Origin: Euglena gracilis
Taxonomy: Eukaryota
Length of the DNA: 64,000 nucleotides
Direction: 5' to 3'
NCBI GenBank assembly: GCA_039621445.1
Contig: CP154954.1
Span: 40,417,572 to 40,481,571 of the forward strand
The translations under genes and the position numbers were made by a program. The notes beneath the pieces are model-generated. The model saw only the letters and a program-made list of their open reading frames with translations. It was not told the DNA's origin and searched no databases. Shown here piece by piece: positions 23,680 through 36,900 of the stretch; the first letter of the stretch is position 1, and each line of letters opens with the position of its first letter.

Positions 23680-24540
23680 TTTTTTGTGCTGTGAGCACTT
23701 TGCCCAGCTCCTTTCTTAAGGATTTTAGTTTTTCCTGAGGAATTTCCAGCTGGCCTTTTTTCAAGTTGACCCACTGGCCCAAATGTTTTATTTCCTGTGT
23801 GGGTTCCAGACAGGACTTGGGGAGGTTTAATCTGAAACCTGCCAGTAAAAGGTCCTGTTTTATTTCTGCCAAATGCTGGGCTGCTGTCTTTTTGCTGGGG
23901 GCTAACAGCAAAATGTCGTCCAGGTAGATGAAAACTACCTTTCCCTCTTTTCTCCATTTCCTCTCCCAGACTCTCATGAGAGTCATAAATTTTTGAGGCA
24001 GGCTGCTGATGCCGAAGCATGCAGCTTGAAACTGCCATGTTTCCCCCCCCCCCACCTGCATGCAAACATGCCTTTCTAGACTGCTGTGCAGTTTTAAGTG
24101 GAAATAAGCATCTTTCAAATCTATTTTTCCACAGAACCAACCTTTCCTTAGATATGGGAAGATATTTCCCATATGCTCCAGTCTGAACTTCTGGGGGGTG
24201 AAGTGGAGATTTAACTGTCGACAGTCTTCAATCAGTCTTTCCTTTGTCTTTTCCCCTTCTTTTTTGGAAATGATGAAGTAAGGGACCAAATGTTTTGCCT
24301 CCTCTGGGGGGATTTGCCTGGTTGCCCCTGCACATTCGTATTCTCTCAGAATTTTCTGGGCAATCATTATTTCTTGGGGAGTTTTGAATGGAACTTTTAA
24401 GGACATTTGAGGGGGGAGGGGAAGATCTGCCATAACTCCCTCCCTTATCAGGTTTAATACCTCTCTGCTGGCTCCTGCCTTGACCCAATGGGGGATGCTG
24501 GCCTGCAGGGCCTTGTAAGGGGGTACCCCTGGGTGTAATG
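23677..24540 (-). CDS. DIRS reverse transcriptase (part of ORF 22910-25324; shifts frame into RNase H at an A-run near 23680)
   Basis: PYFIISKK, RLIEDCRQLN, KIDLKDAYFHL, FGISSLPQKF, FIYLDDILL and LNLPKS. Confidence 0.95.
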
Positions 24541-25750
24541 TGTCTGGGGATTCCACTGGCCCCATCACTGGGGTCCCTCCCCCAGGTTTCCCCATCACTG
24601 GGGTCATCCCTGGCTGCCCCATCACTGGGGCTGAAGCTGGCCCTGCCATAGGGCTTCTCAAAGACAGGCTTTCCCCCTGTTTTGGAATGATGGGGGAAGG
24701 TCTGTGCCTGTTGTGAGTGGGTATATATAATGCTGGGCTGATTATCTTCTGGGGGGGGCCTTCTTGAGCCAATCTTGGGCCTCCCCCCCAAGGGCTGATG
24801 TGGTGTGGCTGGCCTTCCTGGTGTTGGCCACCGTTTGCCTTCAGGGCCCTTTGGCCTCCAGTGGCACACAGGCCTGCTTGGCCTCCATTGGCCCTCTTTC
24901 CAGGACTTTCTCTTCTTTGTCCTTCTGGATTCCCCATATAGGCCACCATGGCCTGTTTTTGGCAGTGGCTTGTTGCTCCTGGGGGGTTTGTTTTTGAAAT
25001 TGCTGGGGGGAAAGTTGGACATACCTTTCCCCAATGAGATCTCTCCAGGCTGGGGTACTGGCTGCCATAGCCTTGCCCCTGGGCCCCCCCCTCTTGAATA
25101 ATGGCTTCCATAGCCTTGAATTTGAACCCCAGGTCCTTTTGAATGATGGCTGCCATAGCCATGATGACTTGAATCCTTTGTATTTCTGATATTTGTTGGA
25201 AGGCTGCCATAGCCTGTGACTTGTCCCCTGGAAGGGGGTGGACATAGAAAAGAGGGGGTAGTTTGTTGGACCTGTGATGGTATTCCCCTTCTGTCTTCTT
25301 GTCTTCCTGACCACAGTTGTCCATGGTCCATGGCCATTCTCATGTTGAGAGGGGGATTTTGAAAACTCTGAAGCGTTGGGGGGTGGGGGGGTTGCTGCCG
25401 CCCCTCCAGCTTCTGCAGCGGCTGCTGTGACTCCACCTTCCTCAGCTTCAGCTGACTTCTTGGAAGTTCTTTGCAGTTCTTCTTGAAATTCATAGTTTCT
25501 TTGAAATCCATTCTTCATGGAAGTCCAGGTTGTTGTGTTTCTTGCTCTTGTTCTTGAATTTCTTGTTCCAGTTGAACTCGAGGAGTTTGAATTCTTCCTT
25601 CAGGAAGTTGAAGTTCCGAAGAAAGTTCGGTCCACCAGTAGGTAAGAGTATTGGTTCTCGGGAAGGTCGTACTCCTCGAAAAACAATTCCACTTGAACTC
25701 GTAGAAGTAAAATCTTTCTCCTTGAGGTCGAAGGGCAGAAATAGGAATCA
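24228..25750 (-). pseudogene. DIRS gag-like ORF1 (low complexity, frameshifted)
   Basis: Overlapping ORFs between the left ITR and RT, rich in Q/E, G/Y and R/P. The call rests mainly on position. Confidence 0.55.
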
Positions 25751-26289
25751 GCCAACTCCGGCAACAAAAAACAGTAAGAAGCACCCCCCGCGCACGCACA
25801 AACACACCAGAACAGAACAGCCGGCAAGGAAAGCAGGACCTCACCATCTCGCAGTGCGGAGCCCGAATGGTCCGCATTGCCTGGCTTGTTTGCTGAGGCC
25901 TGCCCCCCCCACCCAAGGCAGTACGGGAATCGGCGAAACAGCCACGGTCGACCCCCCCTGCATGGTGTGAAAAAGTGGAAAAGTGTGTGAAAAAGTTTTC
26001 GCACTTTTTTTGAAATAAAAACGGAAAAACTTACACCCAAAATTATGCCGGAATTTTTGTTGTTCCCGGACCCCCCCCCTCAGTCTGAAAGGGGGAGGGT
26101 GATGGTCTGGACCCCCTCCCTCCAAAGGGGTCGGACCCCCCCTTCCACAAAAACGACTGCTCACTTGATGCTGGTCACACCCAATCATGCCCAGTCATTT
26201 CATAGGTGCTTGCTTGGCACATCTTGGTGGGACCATGTATTCACTTGGTGACACCCACTTTTTCCAAAAACCCACACAGGCACGACCCC

Positions 26290-26602
26290 CAGGCTTCAAT
26301 ATAAGTGCAGGTGGGGTTGGTCCGGACCCCCCCTCCGGCTTGCAGGGGGGGGGGGACCCTCCCACCTGAACAGTGGCGCAGTCCTGGTGACTAATTTTCA
26401 GGCCGGCACAAAGATCCAGGCCGGAAATTTTTGACCCTCAAAAATGGCCAAAAGTGCCATTTTGGGCACATTTTGGGCAAAAAAATTGCCAAAAATGCAA
26501 AAAAAAATTCGGTGCAAAGCGCCAGAAGGGAAAATTTGACTTAGGCGGGTGTGGAGACACCCCCCACCCACACCCCGTGCGCCCTCTTTACATCGAACCC
26601 TG
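26290..26602. mobile_element. Diverged copy of the CAGGGTTCGATATA MITE family
   Basis: Ends CAGGCTTCAATATA and TACATCGAACCCTG, with a body similar to 27765-28152. No TSD was recovered. Confidence 0.7.
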
Positions 26603-27764
26603 GCACCTCACCCAAAATCGGCTGAAATTCTTCTGGCCCGGACTTCGGCCGGACCGGACACGTGCCCCCCGCCCCCCCAGCGGTCCTAACCCACCCACCC
26701 ACGCACAAAAAAAAAAACCAATCCACCACACAAGTGTTAAATGAACCTGTGGGTGGGACAACCCCAACTCATTTTCAACCGAACAAACAGCAAAAAAGGG
26801 TTGAAACCCGGGGGGGGGGCATTGAAATCAGCAAAGAGCAGGCAGCAACGATGCGCAAAAGGCGTTGAAACGTTGGAGGAAAATATGTTTTCTCGGCAGG
26901 TCCCGGCGCAGAAAAATATTTTGCGCAAATTGAGCTTTGGTGAAGAGGTCGATCCGATCCATATCATTGCAAGTCGACCCCTGGCCTCTTTGGGACCCCC
27001 AAGGCAGAAAATCCTGTCACCACCTAGCCGCCTGCACATTGGAAAAAAAGGCCACTGGCTGGCTGGACCCCCTCCCTCCCCCCAGTTGTGGTGCCTCCGG
27101 CCAAAGCAACGACCTAACGCAGAACCACTGCAAACAGTGCAGTTGGGGGGCAGCGTGGTGGTCCCGAGTCCGGGGCTGGAGGGGGCTGGGGGTCGATGAA
27201 AAACAAAATTTTCTGATTTTTTTTTGCAATTTCTGACATTTTGCCGGATGGAGCTAGATCAAGGCTGCATCGGGACTGGAGGAACAGCCTACTTACTGAA
27301 AAAATGCAGGGATGAGCTGGGCAACCCATTTGGCTGACCAGCCCTGGCCCGGCCTCCGGCTGGACCCAACTTTATTTCACTCGAACCCCCTGGGGGGGGG
27401 GGGCTCCCAGCCCGAATTTGGGCTGCTGGCTGGATTTGAGCTGCTGGCTGGCTGGACCCCCCCCCCCCGAGGATGGGGTCCCCTCCGGCTTAAGAAAACC
27501 CCTGATGGCAAACCCCAATCTGCTTCCCTCCAGGGAATTCCTTCAGCGTCCCCCCCAGGGGTCAGTAAATGCAGGCCAAGCTCCATGTGGCTTTGCAACG
27601 ATGGCTTTGGGACCGATGCCGCTGGAGGAATCTCTCAATGCATTTGATTGGGGGTGATGGCTTTGGGACCAGGGGTTTTTTTTAAGACCAAGGGGAGGGG
27701 GTCCCCCCACCCACCCACCCCTGGGGGGGGCCGGGGCTCCCGGGGGGGTCCCCGGGGGCCCAAC

Positions 27765-28152
27765 CAGGGTTCGATATAGGGGGGGGGGGGGGGGTCGGGC
27801 CCCCCCGGCGGGCGGGGGGGGGGGGGGGTGGGGGGACCCCCCCCACCTAAACAGTGGCGCGGTCAGGGTGACCGATTTTCGGCCCGGCGCAAAGCGCCGG
27901 GCCGAAAATTTTTGACCCCCCAAATCGACCAAAAGTGCCATTTTGGGCACTTTTTGGGCAAAAAAAATGGCCAAAAATGCAAAAAATTTTCGGCGCGAAG
28001 CGCCGGAGGAAAAAATTGACCCTTTTTGGGGGGGGGTCCCCGGGTACCCCCCGAGGGTCGGTCCGGACCCCCCTGCGGGCCAGGAGGGGGGGGGGGGGGG
28101 GGGGGGACACCCCCCACCTAAACCATGTACGCCCTCCTTATATCGAACCCTG
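27765..28152. mobile_element. hAT-like MITE
   Basis: TIR CAGGGTTCGATATA with 8-bp TSD GGCCCAAC (27757-27764 and 28153-28160). Another left end of this family is at 29582. Confidence 0.9.
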
Positions 28153-29709
28153 GGCCCAACCCACTTTTCTCCGAAAGAGCCAAAAATCGCGAAAATGCTG
28201 AAAATAGCACCTTTTCAAAAATTTTTGGTGCCAAAAATATACCACCCCCCTCTGGGGGGATCCCCCCTGGGGGGGGCTTGTCCGGACCCACCCACACCCC
28301 CCTTGGGGTCCAAGACTAAAAAAAACCCCTGTTTGGGACCGATGATGCTGCTGGAGGAATTTCTCATTGATCCCCCCTCCCCTATGTCTGGTCTTGGGAA
28401 ACGATGGCCTCAAAACAATATTCAGATTCAGAGCAATCCTTTTAAACTTTTCAGATCACAAAGTTCATTCCGCATGTCTGCCCGATGTTTCCATTCACAC
28501 CTTTGATGAAAGGTTCGTGACGCCAATCTGTCCTGAAGCCGGCTAGCCTGGCACTGATTCTGCCCGCTTCGGCACCACTGTCGTTAAATTTTCCAGATTC
28601 AGGTGAGAACCAATGTCGTCCCTTTTATGACGAAATGCTTTTGAGACGCATTTTTATGATACTTGGCTTCATGAACATTGCAAAAAAAGAAAACAGATTT
28701 ATTTGGGCATTTTGGCTTGAAGTTTAAAACAGACAACACTCTGAATGAACAGAAGAGCAAAATCAGAAAGGTTCAACCGATTGACTTCCTTCTGCTGTCG
28801 CTCCAGCAGTAACTTGGGGGTGAGAATCTCAAAAGCCTACTCCACCACTTGGGGAAGGGTCTGCGACAGGTGAACAAAACACCACAATCGACAATGAACT
28901 CAGACAGGAGGGAAAGAAAAGACCTACCTCCTAAAAAAACCCACAAACAACAAATACAGGGCAGGAAGCAGTCTGGCTGCCATGCGTTCAGAAATCGAAC
29001 TGTCCAGCAAAACATCAGGCCAAACTCGCACTTCAGTATGGTGACGAAAGAAACTCCTGAAAAACGAGGCGGACGTCATTTCCCATGTTTCCCTGTTTGA
29101 CATCTCAGCAAGGAATGCCGTTTTCAAAACACATTAGATGGTTGTCCGCAGTTGGTGCATGGAGGCCATGGAGGCCCACCCTGCGCTTGAAAAACACCCA
29201 CTGATTTTTCTGATTGCGCGCATCATGGCCGAAAGTGGTGGGAAAGAGCCCAAAAAATGGCAAGGGCACCGATAAACGTGCTGGCTCAAAAAGCCCTTAG
29301 GCTCTCGTGCTGAGGCACAGCATGGCTCAACAATGGCTGCTCCGCCTTGAGCAGCTCAGCAACAATTAGTTGGCATTCCAAGCCAGCTGCAAGCAATCGA
29401 CAATTTTCTTTGAAAAAGGGGGTTGGCAATGGTGGAAAATGCTATCTTTGACTGTTTGAAGAAATATTTTCACCAATTTTTTTTGAATTTTTCTTGGTTG
29501 AATTTAAACTCGCATGGGATTTTGGCTTGTTTTTGTCATTTTCCGACTAGCCGGGTCCAGTCCAGTCGGCGAGACCGGCCCCAGGGTTCGATATAGGTTT
29601 GGGGGCATGTTCAGGTTTGGAAAGAAAAGTTCTTGGTCACTAGATAATAACGTTGCATCTCAAAAAAAAATAATTTCCAGCATCTATGAAAATTTACACT
29701 GAGAACTGT

Positions 29710-31490
29710 GTCCCAAATACTCATTTTTTGCACATGTTTTATATCGAGAACCGGCGTCTGGGACACAGCCTTTGAAACCGTTTCTAGTTTTCTAGTTTTA
29801 GGAAACGTTTCTAGGGGGCTCCGGCCTCACGCCCGAACCGGCGCCTGAGGAATCACGGCCAATGGCCCCAAATGTCCATGTTTGGGACACGTTTGGGCGA
29901 TTTTGGTCCGAATCAGTCACCGATCGAAATTGGTGAATTTCACAAGCAGGATGTCATGTTACCGATCAATCGAAAGCTCTTCTCAAGGGCAGATGGTCAC
30001 AGATTTCAGCCAAAAGCACAGAGCTCTTAGTTTCAGCGATTGCATGTTCCAAAACTTGACATATTTATTTGCCAAATCCCACAGTTTTTTAGGTGCTGTA
30101 TTGGTTCCGGTGCTATATTGCATGTCAATTGAAATCTCTCCACAAGACCTTTCGCTTAATACCAACAGAACTCAGCCACACTTCACAGCGCTCTGAAAAT
30201 GGCAGACCGCATATGTTTCGACCCTGTTCGCAAATTCCAAATTCAACTTTTCACCTGCCAAGTTGCCCCTCGATCGAAAGCACTTCTCAAGGGGTTTCAG
30301 CACATAAGTTCATATTTCAGCCATTTTGCATGGCATTCTTGTTACAGAAATTCCCAAAATTTGCACAAGGGAATTATTGCACAAACAAACCTAATTTCTG
30401 GTCGAAGACCCCAAACACTGCTCAGACATGTTTACTACATGTCTTCAAAGCATTTTGGACACTTTTTGGCACTTTATATTTTGGGTCCTCCACGCACTGG
30501 TTCAGGCGTGAACTAGACACCGTTTCAGTTTATTTTCAGCCCATTTACACTTTTTTTCAATCAAAAAAAGGTTCATGATGCATTTGTCTCCATTTCGAGA
30601 GCAATGGAAAGAAATTTCTTGTGTAATGCTGTTTCTGGCGTGTTCTGCCTGCAAAATTTCAAAAAATGGTATACAAATTGGTAAGAGTTCAGCTTTGGAC
30701 CATTTCATTTGAAACTTGAAAAGTGGATACCGCCTCAGCACCCTTTGGGCGGTGAAATGATTTATCTCTCAACTTTGTCGCTGCATTCCCCAGACCCCCC
30801 CCCCGCCGACCCTTCACCGCTTCAATTTACCCGCGCCATGCAGGATCCCCCTTGCTGCAATAAAAATGTTACACAGTTTCTGCCCAAAAAAAATACCAAA
30901 ATTTCCGAAAATACCTGATGAAATATTGTGCACAGGCGCACCTTGGGACATTGTTGGCCACCGCCAAAAATTGTCTTCAATCAAAGTGCCGCCAAAATTG
31001 CCCAAACAGCCCCACATGATACCGAAGAAAAAAATCTGACAAAATTATGTTATGTCTGCAGATTTTGGTATCAAGTGGAAAACCTTCTGGACAGCTTTCA
31101 ATTGACATGCAATATAGCACCGGAACCAATACAGCACCTAAAAAACTGTGGGATTTGGCAAATAAATATGTCAAGTTTTGGAACATGCAATCGCTGAAAC
31201 TAAGAGCTCTGTGCTTTTGGCTGAAATCTGTGACCATCTGCCCTTGAGAAGAGCTTTCGATTGATCGGTAACATGACATCCTGCTTGTGAAATTCACCAA
31301 TTTCGATCGGTGACTGATTCGGACCAAAATCGCCCAAACGTGTCCCAAACATGGACATTTGGGGCCATTGGCCGTGATTCCTCAGACGCCGGTTCGGGCG
31401 TGAAGCCGGAGCCCCCTGGCAACAGTTTCAAAGACTGTGCCCCAGACGCCGGTTCTCGATGTAAAATATGTGCAAAAAATGGGTATTTGG
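29710..31490. repeat. Long inverted repeat (arms about 29710-30133 and 31096-31490, about 960-bp spacer)
   Basis: The opposite-strand ORFs 29882-30196 and 30977-31348 are identical over about 80 codons. Confidence 0.92.
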
Positions 31491-32639
31491 GGCGAAATTG
31501 GCCGTGATTCCTTGAATGCCAGTTCGGACCGTGAAGCCAGAGCCATAATTGCAGGCCAAAACACCCCCAAAATTGCAAAAGATACGATAACCACATCCTG
31601 TGACCATGCAAAAGATACGATAACCATTCTATGACCATTTTGGTCACTTTTTTTTTACTCTTTTCAGTTGAGACCCTTACATGCTGGTATCACACTCGAC
31701 CTGTTGTTCTGGACACTGGTTTCGATGACAAGCGGCTGTGCTGACATTGGTGGTTTCTGTGAGGAATCCAGCAACACCATCCATTTTTGAACTTTGTATT
31801 CACTTTCTCATGCTTTCTGTGGCATGTTTTTCAATTTAAAAAACAATCCTCTTTACAGAGGCCAAAATCTGCAAGCGACCCAAAAAACCACTGTGTATTC
31901 CCCCCCTCAAATTTCAGGAATTTTGGCTGCCCAACGGGGAATTTCATCGGGGTGACGCTGGGTTGGGGGGGCATCCCCCTAATTGTCCCCCACCCAAATT
32001 GGCCAGAAGGGGGGGCCAAATAGAGGGGGGGGGGGCACGTTACCATCCTCGCCTTTGTGTGGTGGCGGCCGCCGGGTTCACAACAGAGCCGGCGTTCTGT
32101 CATGAACCTGGTGGCACAGACCCTGACTTTAGCGACACCCCTACAGCCTCGCGGGGTTGTCCAATTGCCCCCTAATCGCAATTGGGGGAGAATTAGGGAG
32201 GTCGCTGAGCTCTTATCCCTGGGTTAGAGCTAACCCCCCCCCTTTGACCACACCCTTCGATCGACTTTCTAGTGCCCCACTCCAACGTTTGGGGTCAGCC
32301 ACCCACACCTTCTCAGATGGTGGATCACATTCCCGGTTCTCTGATTAAAATGCATCGTTTCTGTTCTTTTCCTGGAACGCTTGCTTCAATCTCACACTTG
32401 AAAAATGATCCAATATTTTTATCCAGTTCACCGATTGCCGTTTTCCATTTGCATCCCCCAACACAGGGTTGTCCTGTTCCAATTGTCCCCCACCGAGGGC
32501 TACTTCAAAAGCTTTGTGTCACATTTTACAACAGTTTGGTTCCCGTTGGTTGGCAAAAAAATAGGTTCAAAAAAATCGTTTAAAGCAAAATTTACTGTCA
32601 AAGGTGATTTTCAATTTTCGGCAAACCTCATGCTTTCCG

Positions 32640-32931
32640 TCAGGGGATTTCTTAAGGACCCTTGGGGGGGGGGGGGGGGCCAGCCTCCGGCTGGAAAAAA
32701 AGGCTGCTGGCTGGAAACGAGCTGCTGGCTGGACCCCCCAAGGGGATGGAGGGGGGAATCCGGGGCTGGAGGCGGCTGTGCTGGGCTGGGCTGATGAAAA
32801 ACAAAATTTTCTAAACATTTTTGCCTTCTCGACATTTGATGGATGGAGCTAGATGCAGGCTGGATCGGAACTGGAGGAACAGCCCACTTACTGACTCACA
32901 CCTAGTCTATGGATGGGACGAGAGCACCGCA

Positions 32932-32989
<58 letters not shown>

Positions 32990-33250
32990 GTGTATGTGCC
33001 AGAAATTGGGGGCGAGGAAGCTGTGATGAGGGGAAAAAAATGCAGGGATAGGTGAGCCGGGCAGCCCAGTTGGCTGGCCAGCCTGCGGCTGGCTGGCCTG
33101 GCCTCAGGACGGGCTGGACCCAACGTTATTTCACTCGACCCTGGGGGGGGGGACTCCCAGCCCCGATTTGGGCTGCTGGCTGGTTTTGAGTTGCTGGCAG
33201 GCTGGACCCCCCCCCCCTGGAGATGGGGTCATACATCTCTTTAAGGACCC
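32640..33250. mobile_element. Diverged copy of the CAGGGAATTTCTTAAG MITE family, containing a (CA)n microsatellite at 32933-32988
   Basis: Similar to 42122-42612 and 55812-56323. A further partial copy lies at 27165-27503. Confidence 0.75.
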
Positions 33251-33766
33251 CGGGGGGGGGGGGTTGCTGGGCTAGGGCTAGAAATTTGGGCTAGCTAGAA
33301 ATTTGGGCAAGCTACCCCCCCCCCCCCCCCGGGGGGGGGGGGGGCTGGCCCCCGGCTGGACCCGAACCAGGGCGAGCTGGACTGAAATCGGAAAAATGCC
33401 CAAAAATGACCTGCAAAACACAGTTTTGAAAAAATGATGCATCTGAAACCCCCCAAAAATGCCCCAAACGCCCCCCAAACCCCATTTTTGGCCACTTTTG
33501 AACACAATTTTCAAAAAAATTTCGGCGCTTCGCGCCGAAAAATTTTGGGCTGGACCCCCCAAAAAGGGGCTGGCTAGCTGGGCTAGAAGCACCCCCCCCG
33601 GGGGGGGTGCTGCTGCGGCTGGGCTGGGCCCAAATCGGGGCTGGCTGCAGCCGCCCCCCCGGGGGGGGGGGTTCGCAAAACCTTAGGGAGATGTATGGAT
33701 GGGGTCCCCTCTGGCTTGAGAAATCCCCTGCTTTCCCTTGCTGAATCTATATCAGAAAGGGGAGTC

Positions 33767-33938
33767 ATGGCACAAAGTGGGGCCCCCATACCCCCCCCAT
33801 ACCCCCCCATACCCTCCCATCCCCCCCCATGCCCCCCCATACCCCCCCATACCCCCCCATACCCCCCCCCCATACCCCCCCCATACCCCCCCCATACCCC
33901 CCCCATACCCTAGGTATGGGGGCCCCACTTTGTGCCAT
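33767..33938. repeat. Small fold-back element with internal (CCCCCCCATA)n array
   Basis: Arms ATGGCACAAAGTGGGGCCCCCATAC and its reverse complement flank about 12 C-rich decamers. Confidence 0.85.
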
Positions 33939-36900
33939 ATGTGAGAAAGGGGGGGGCCGTTTCTGTTAACCCAGCGTCCCAGACACCGGTTCTGTCCGAA
34001 AGACAGAACCGGCGTCTGGGATGCAAGATTCACTACAAAACCGGCGTCCTCCCCTTTCTTAAGGCGGCGTTTTGGGCCACCAAATTCACGACAGAACCAG
34101 CGTTCCCAACCTTCGGTCAAAAGGCACTCCCAGGACCAAACTCTGACCATTGATCTGCAATGCTGAGCCACTTTGGATTTTTTTTTAAATTTGGCTTTCG
34201 CCAAAATCTGACGATCGCGAGCGCATCTCCGGCTGTGTCAATCGTTCAGGTGCAAATTCACCCTTCAATTACAGCCAGTTGCAAAAATAACGGCTCACTG
34301 TCTCATGTTGAACTGCCGCCTGTCTCATTGTACACTGCGATCGATCGCAAAAGAATGGCCACCCGTCTCAAAATTATTTCCATTGTCTCAAAACCCGGCC
34401 GCAATTTTCTCAAACCTAATAACCATTTTCTCAAACCTAAATGCCACTTGTCCCACAATAAAATGCGAGACCCGAGAAAGAAGCGCACCATCCCGGTTGG
34501 AGGGAACACCTGCTCGCTGCAGAAAAATTCACAATGATACTTGAGGTCCCACCAAAGAAAGATCAGAGGGAATCTATCAAAGTGGAGGGAGTGCAGCAGC
34601 AACACTAGTCGCAGATGCATTGGCAACGTTCACGACCTGGATCGTTTCTGCTGTGCCAGCCATAAATTCAACTTGCTTTTCCAAATTGGAACAGCGCAAT
34701 TCAATTCATTCAATTCATCCGAATTTATGGAAAATTCTTCCAAAATTTTGGGTTTGGTGATTCCTAATTCGGCCGCCGATAGTGTGGTGTTCCCCCATGA
34801 CCCTGTGACCCCTCCCGTGACACCCCCCCATGACCCGCACCACCCCCAGTCAAAGAGAGTCACCTGACAGCCCCGTCACAAGGGTAAGCAAATCCGTGGC
34901 CAACACATTGTACCCATGACGAGCATTACCATGCCCCCCCCCCCCCCCCCCCAGCCATTCTGGTCCCCCGGACCCTTTATGGCCCAATATGGGAACATTG
35001 GGGGGGGGACACCTGGGGACCTGCGCCCCCCAAGGTGTTCCCATTCCCGAACCTTGGACAGTCAAAAAGGATCATTTTGGCAACTTTTTTGGATGTTCAC
35101 AAAAAATGGTCGATTTCCAGCACATTTGCCAAAAGGAATTTGTGAAAACGTCCAAAAACGTCAATTTTTGAACCCTTTTTCGGAAGCTTCTTCATAAAAA
35201 GTGCTATGACATTGAGCTATTCCCGTCCCTGGGAATAGCCCAGGGGGGGTTAGCTCGGGGGGGGGGGGGGCATGGTATTCGACATCTGCGGAGAAAGGAG
35301 ACACTTGTGAAACAGAAACTTGCCTTGCAAACACATGTCATGTGGCATTTTTTATGAGAAAATTAACATTTATTTTCACACAATAGGCAATTGTTTTTGA
35401 GAAAAATGGCAGTTATTTGGAGAAAATTGGCAGTTATTCAGAGAAAATTGACCGGTTAGAGTTGAGAAACGTGGCAATTATTTTGATCTCGGATACACAT
35501 TCATTTCGCAACCGGCTGTAAAAGCTCTTGTCATCAGACGACCAGTAATGACCACTAAATTCGGCCACACTGCACAGTACTCTGATTTCCTGTCCCAGGG
35601 AAATCCGAATTTAATAATTTTTATACTTGCCAGAACCCTCAGGTCATCAACTTAAACAGAAAATTCACTTCTGCAGGGAGGACCAAAAATCACCACAAAT
35701 TTCAACTCTGATTCTGGCCGATACGACGATCGCAAGCGTATCTCTGGATGTGTGCAAAGTTGGGGTACCAATTTACACCTCAATTGAAAGCTCTTTTCAA
35801 TCTTTTCAACAGACGGCCAGCGATGGTTACGGTACTCTAATTGCAAAACAGCACCAATTTTCACCAAAATTGGATACCCACCCCAATGGTCCCCAAATTA
35901 CAATGCAAATTACAATGCAGTAAACCAACCCCCCCCCTATAAACCCCCCCTTGGGCCGGCCAACCAAACTGGGGCCTATAACCCCCCCATGGGGAAGAAA
36001 AATGCAAACCGCCGGAGACGATTTTTTCGGCCACAAACCACCCAAAAACTGATTTTTTGGCAGCTTTTTGAGACCGACCATCACCAAAAATGCCATTTTT
36101 GACCAAATTTGCCAAAAAAATGCCGATTTCGGGCGGTTTCGGAGTCATTTTGGGGGGGGGGTCGGATTTTCACCAACAATTCCGGGACCTATAACCCCCC
36201 CCTTCGGCCGACCAACCAAACCGGATCCTATAAATCCTGGGGGTTTATAAGTAGGGGACATGGCTTCAACAGTCAAATCAGGGCCTCTATGCCCAATTTT
36301 GGCCATTTTGGGGCACTTTTACAGTAGGGAAACTAAATAGTGGGACACCTGAAAATTTTGTGGGTCACACCCAACCCCCAGCACCAAATCCTCTGCCAGC
36401 CCATGGGATGTGGTGATGGTGTGTGCACACTGGCATGGCCCTGCCCCACGCAGCAGTGCCCCAGCCAGCTCTGCTGCACCACACTGCGCCAAATTCAGGC
36501 CAATCCCATGCGAGCAGGTTTTTTTCCATTTCCTGGCCCTTTTTGGGCTGCGAAGATAACCTAGCCTCAGGTAAGGGGACGAGGCGGTTCACACTGCAGT
36601 GAGTGGCATTGGACCCCTACTTAGAACAATACAAGTTAACAACCCCTGTCAACGTGGGCTGGTGGGGCGATGGCCTCGACATGTCGACCAATTTGGGCAA
36701 AAATCACCGTTTTTGGCCATTTTTGGCCAGTGGGGGGGACCCCGGTTCTGTCATGAACCCGGCGGACCAAACGCCGGTTTAAAAGCACTCAACATTGTCA
36801 TTCTTGACCTCGTGAGAGACATCACCTTCATAACAATTGCTGTCCAAATCTTCGTCATCGTCTTCCAAGTATTCAATTGTTTCAAAATCAGGTTCCATCC

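Larger units (their letters stand above)
21247..25872 (-). mobile_element. DIRS1-type tyrosine-recombinase retrotransposon, near full length
   Basis: Inverted terminal repeats 21303-21402 and 25752-25849. The internal complementary region 21631-21727 matches both termini. The element encodes gag, RT, RNase H, MTase and YR. Confidence 0.95.

Noticed and set aside
28770-29420. Possible hAT transposase C-terminal remnant (KWWERAQKMARAPINVLAQKALRL)
   Set aside because: The resemblance is weak, there are many stops, and no recognisable SxxxERxFS motif follows.
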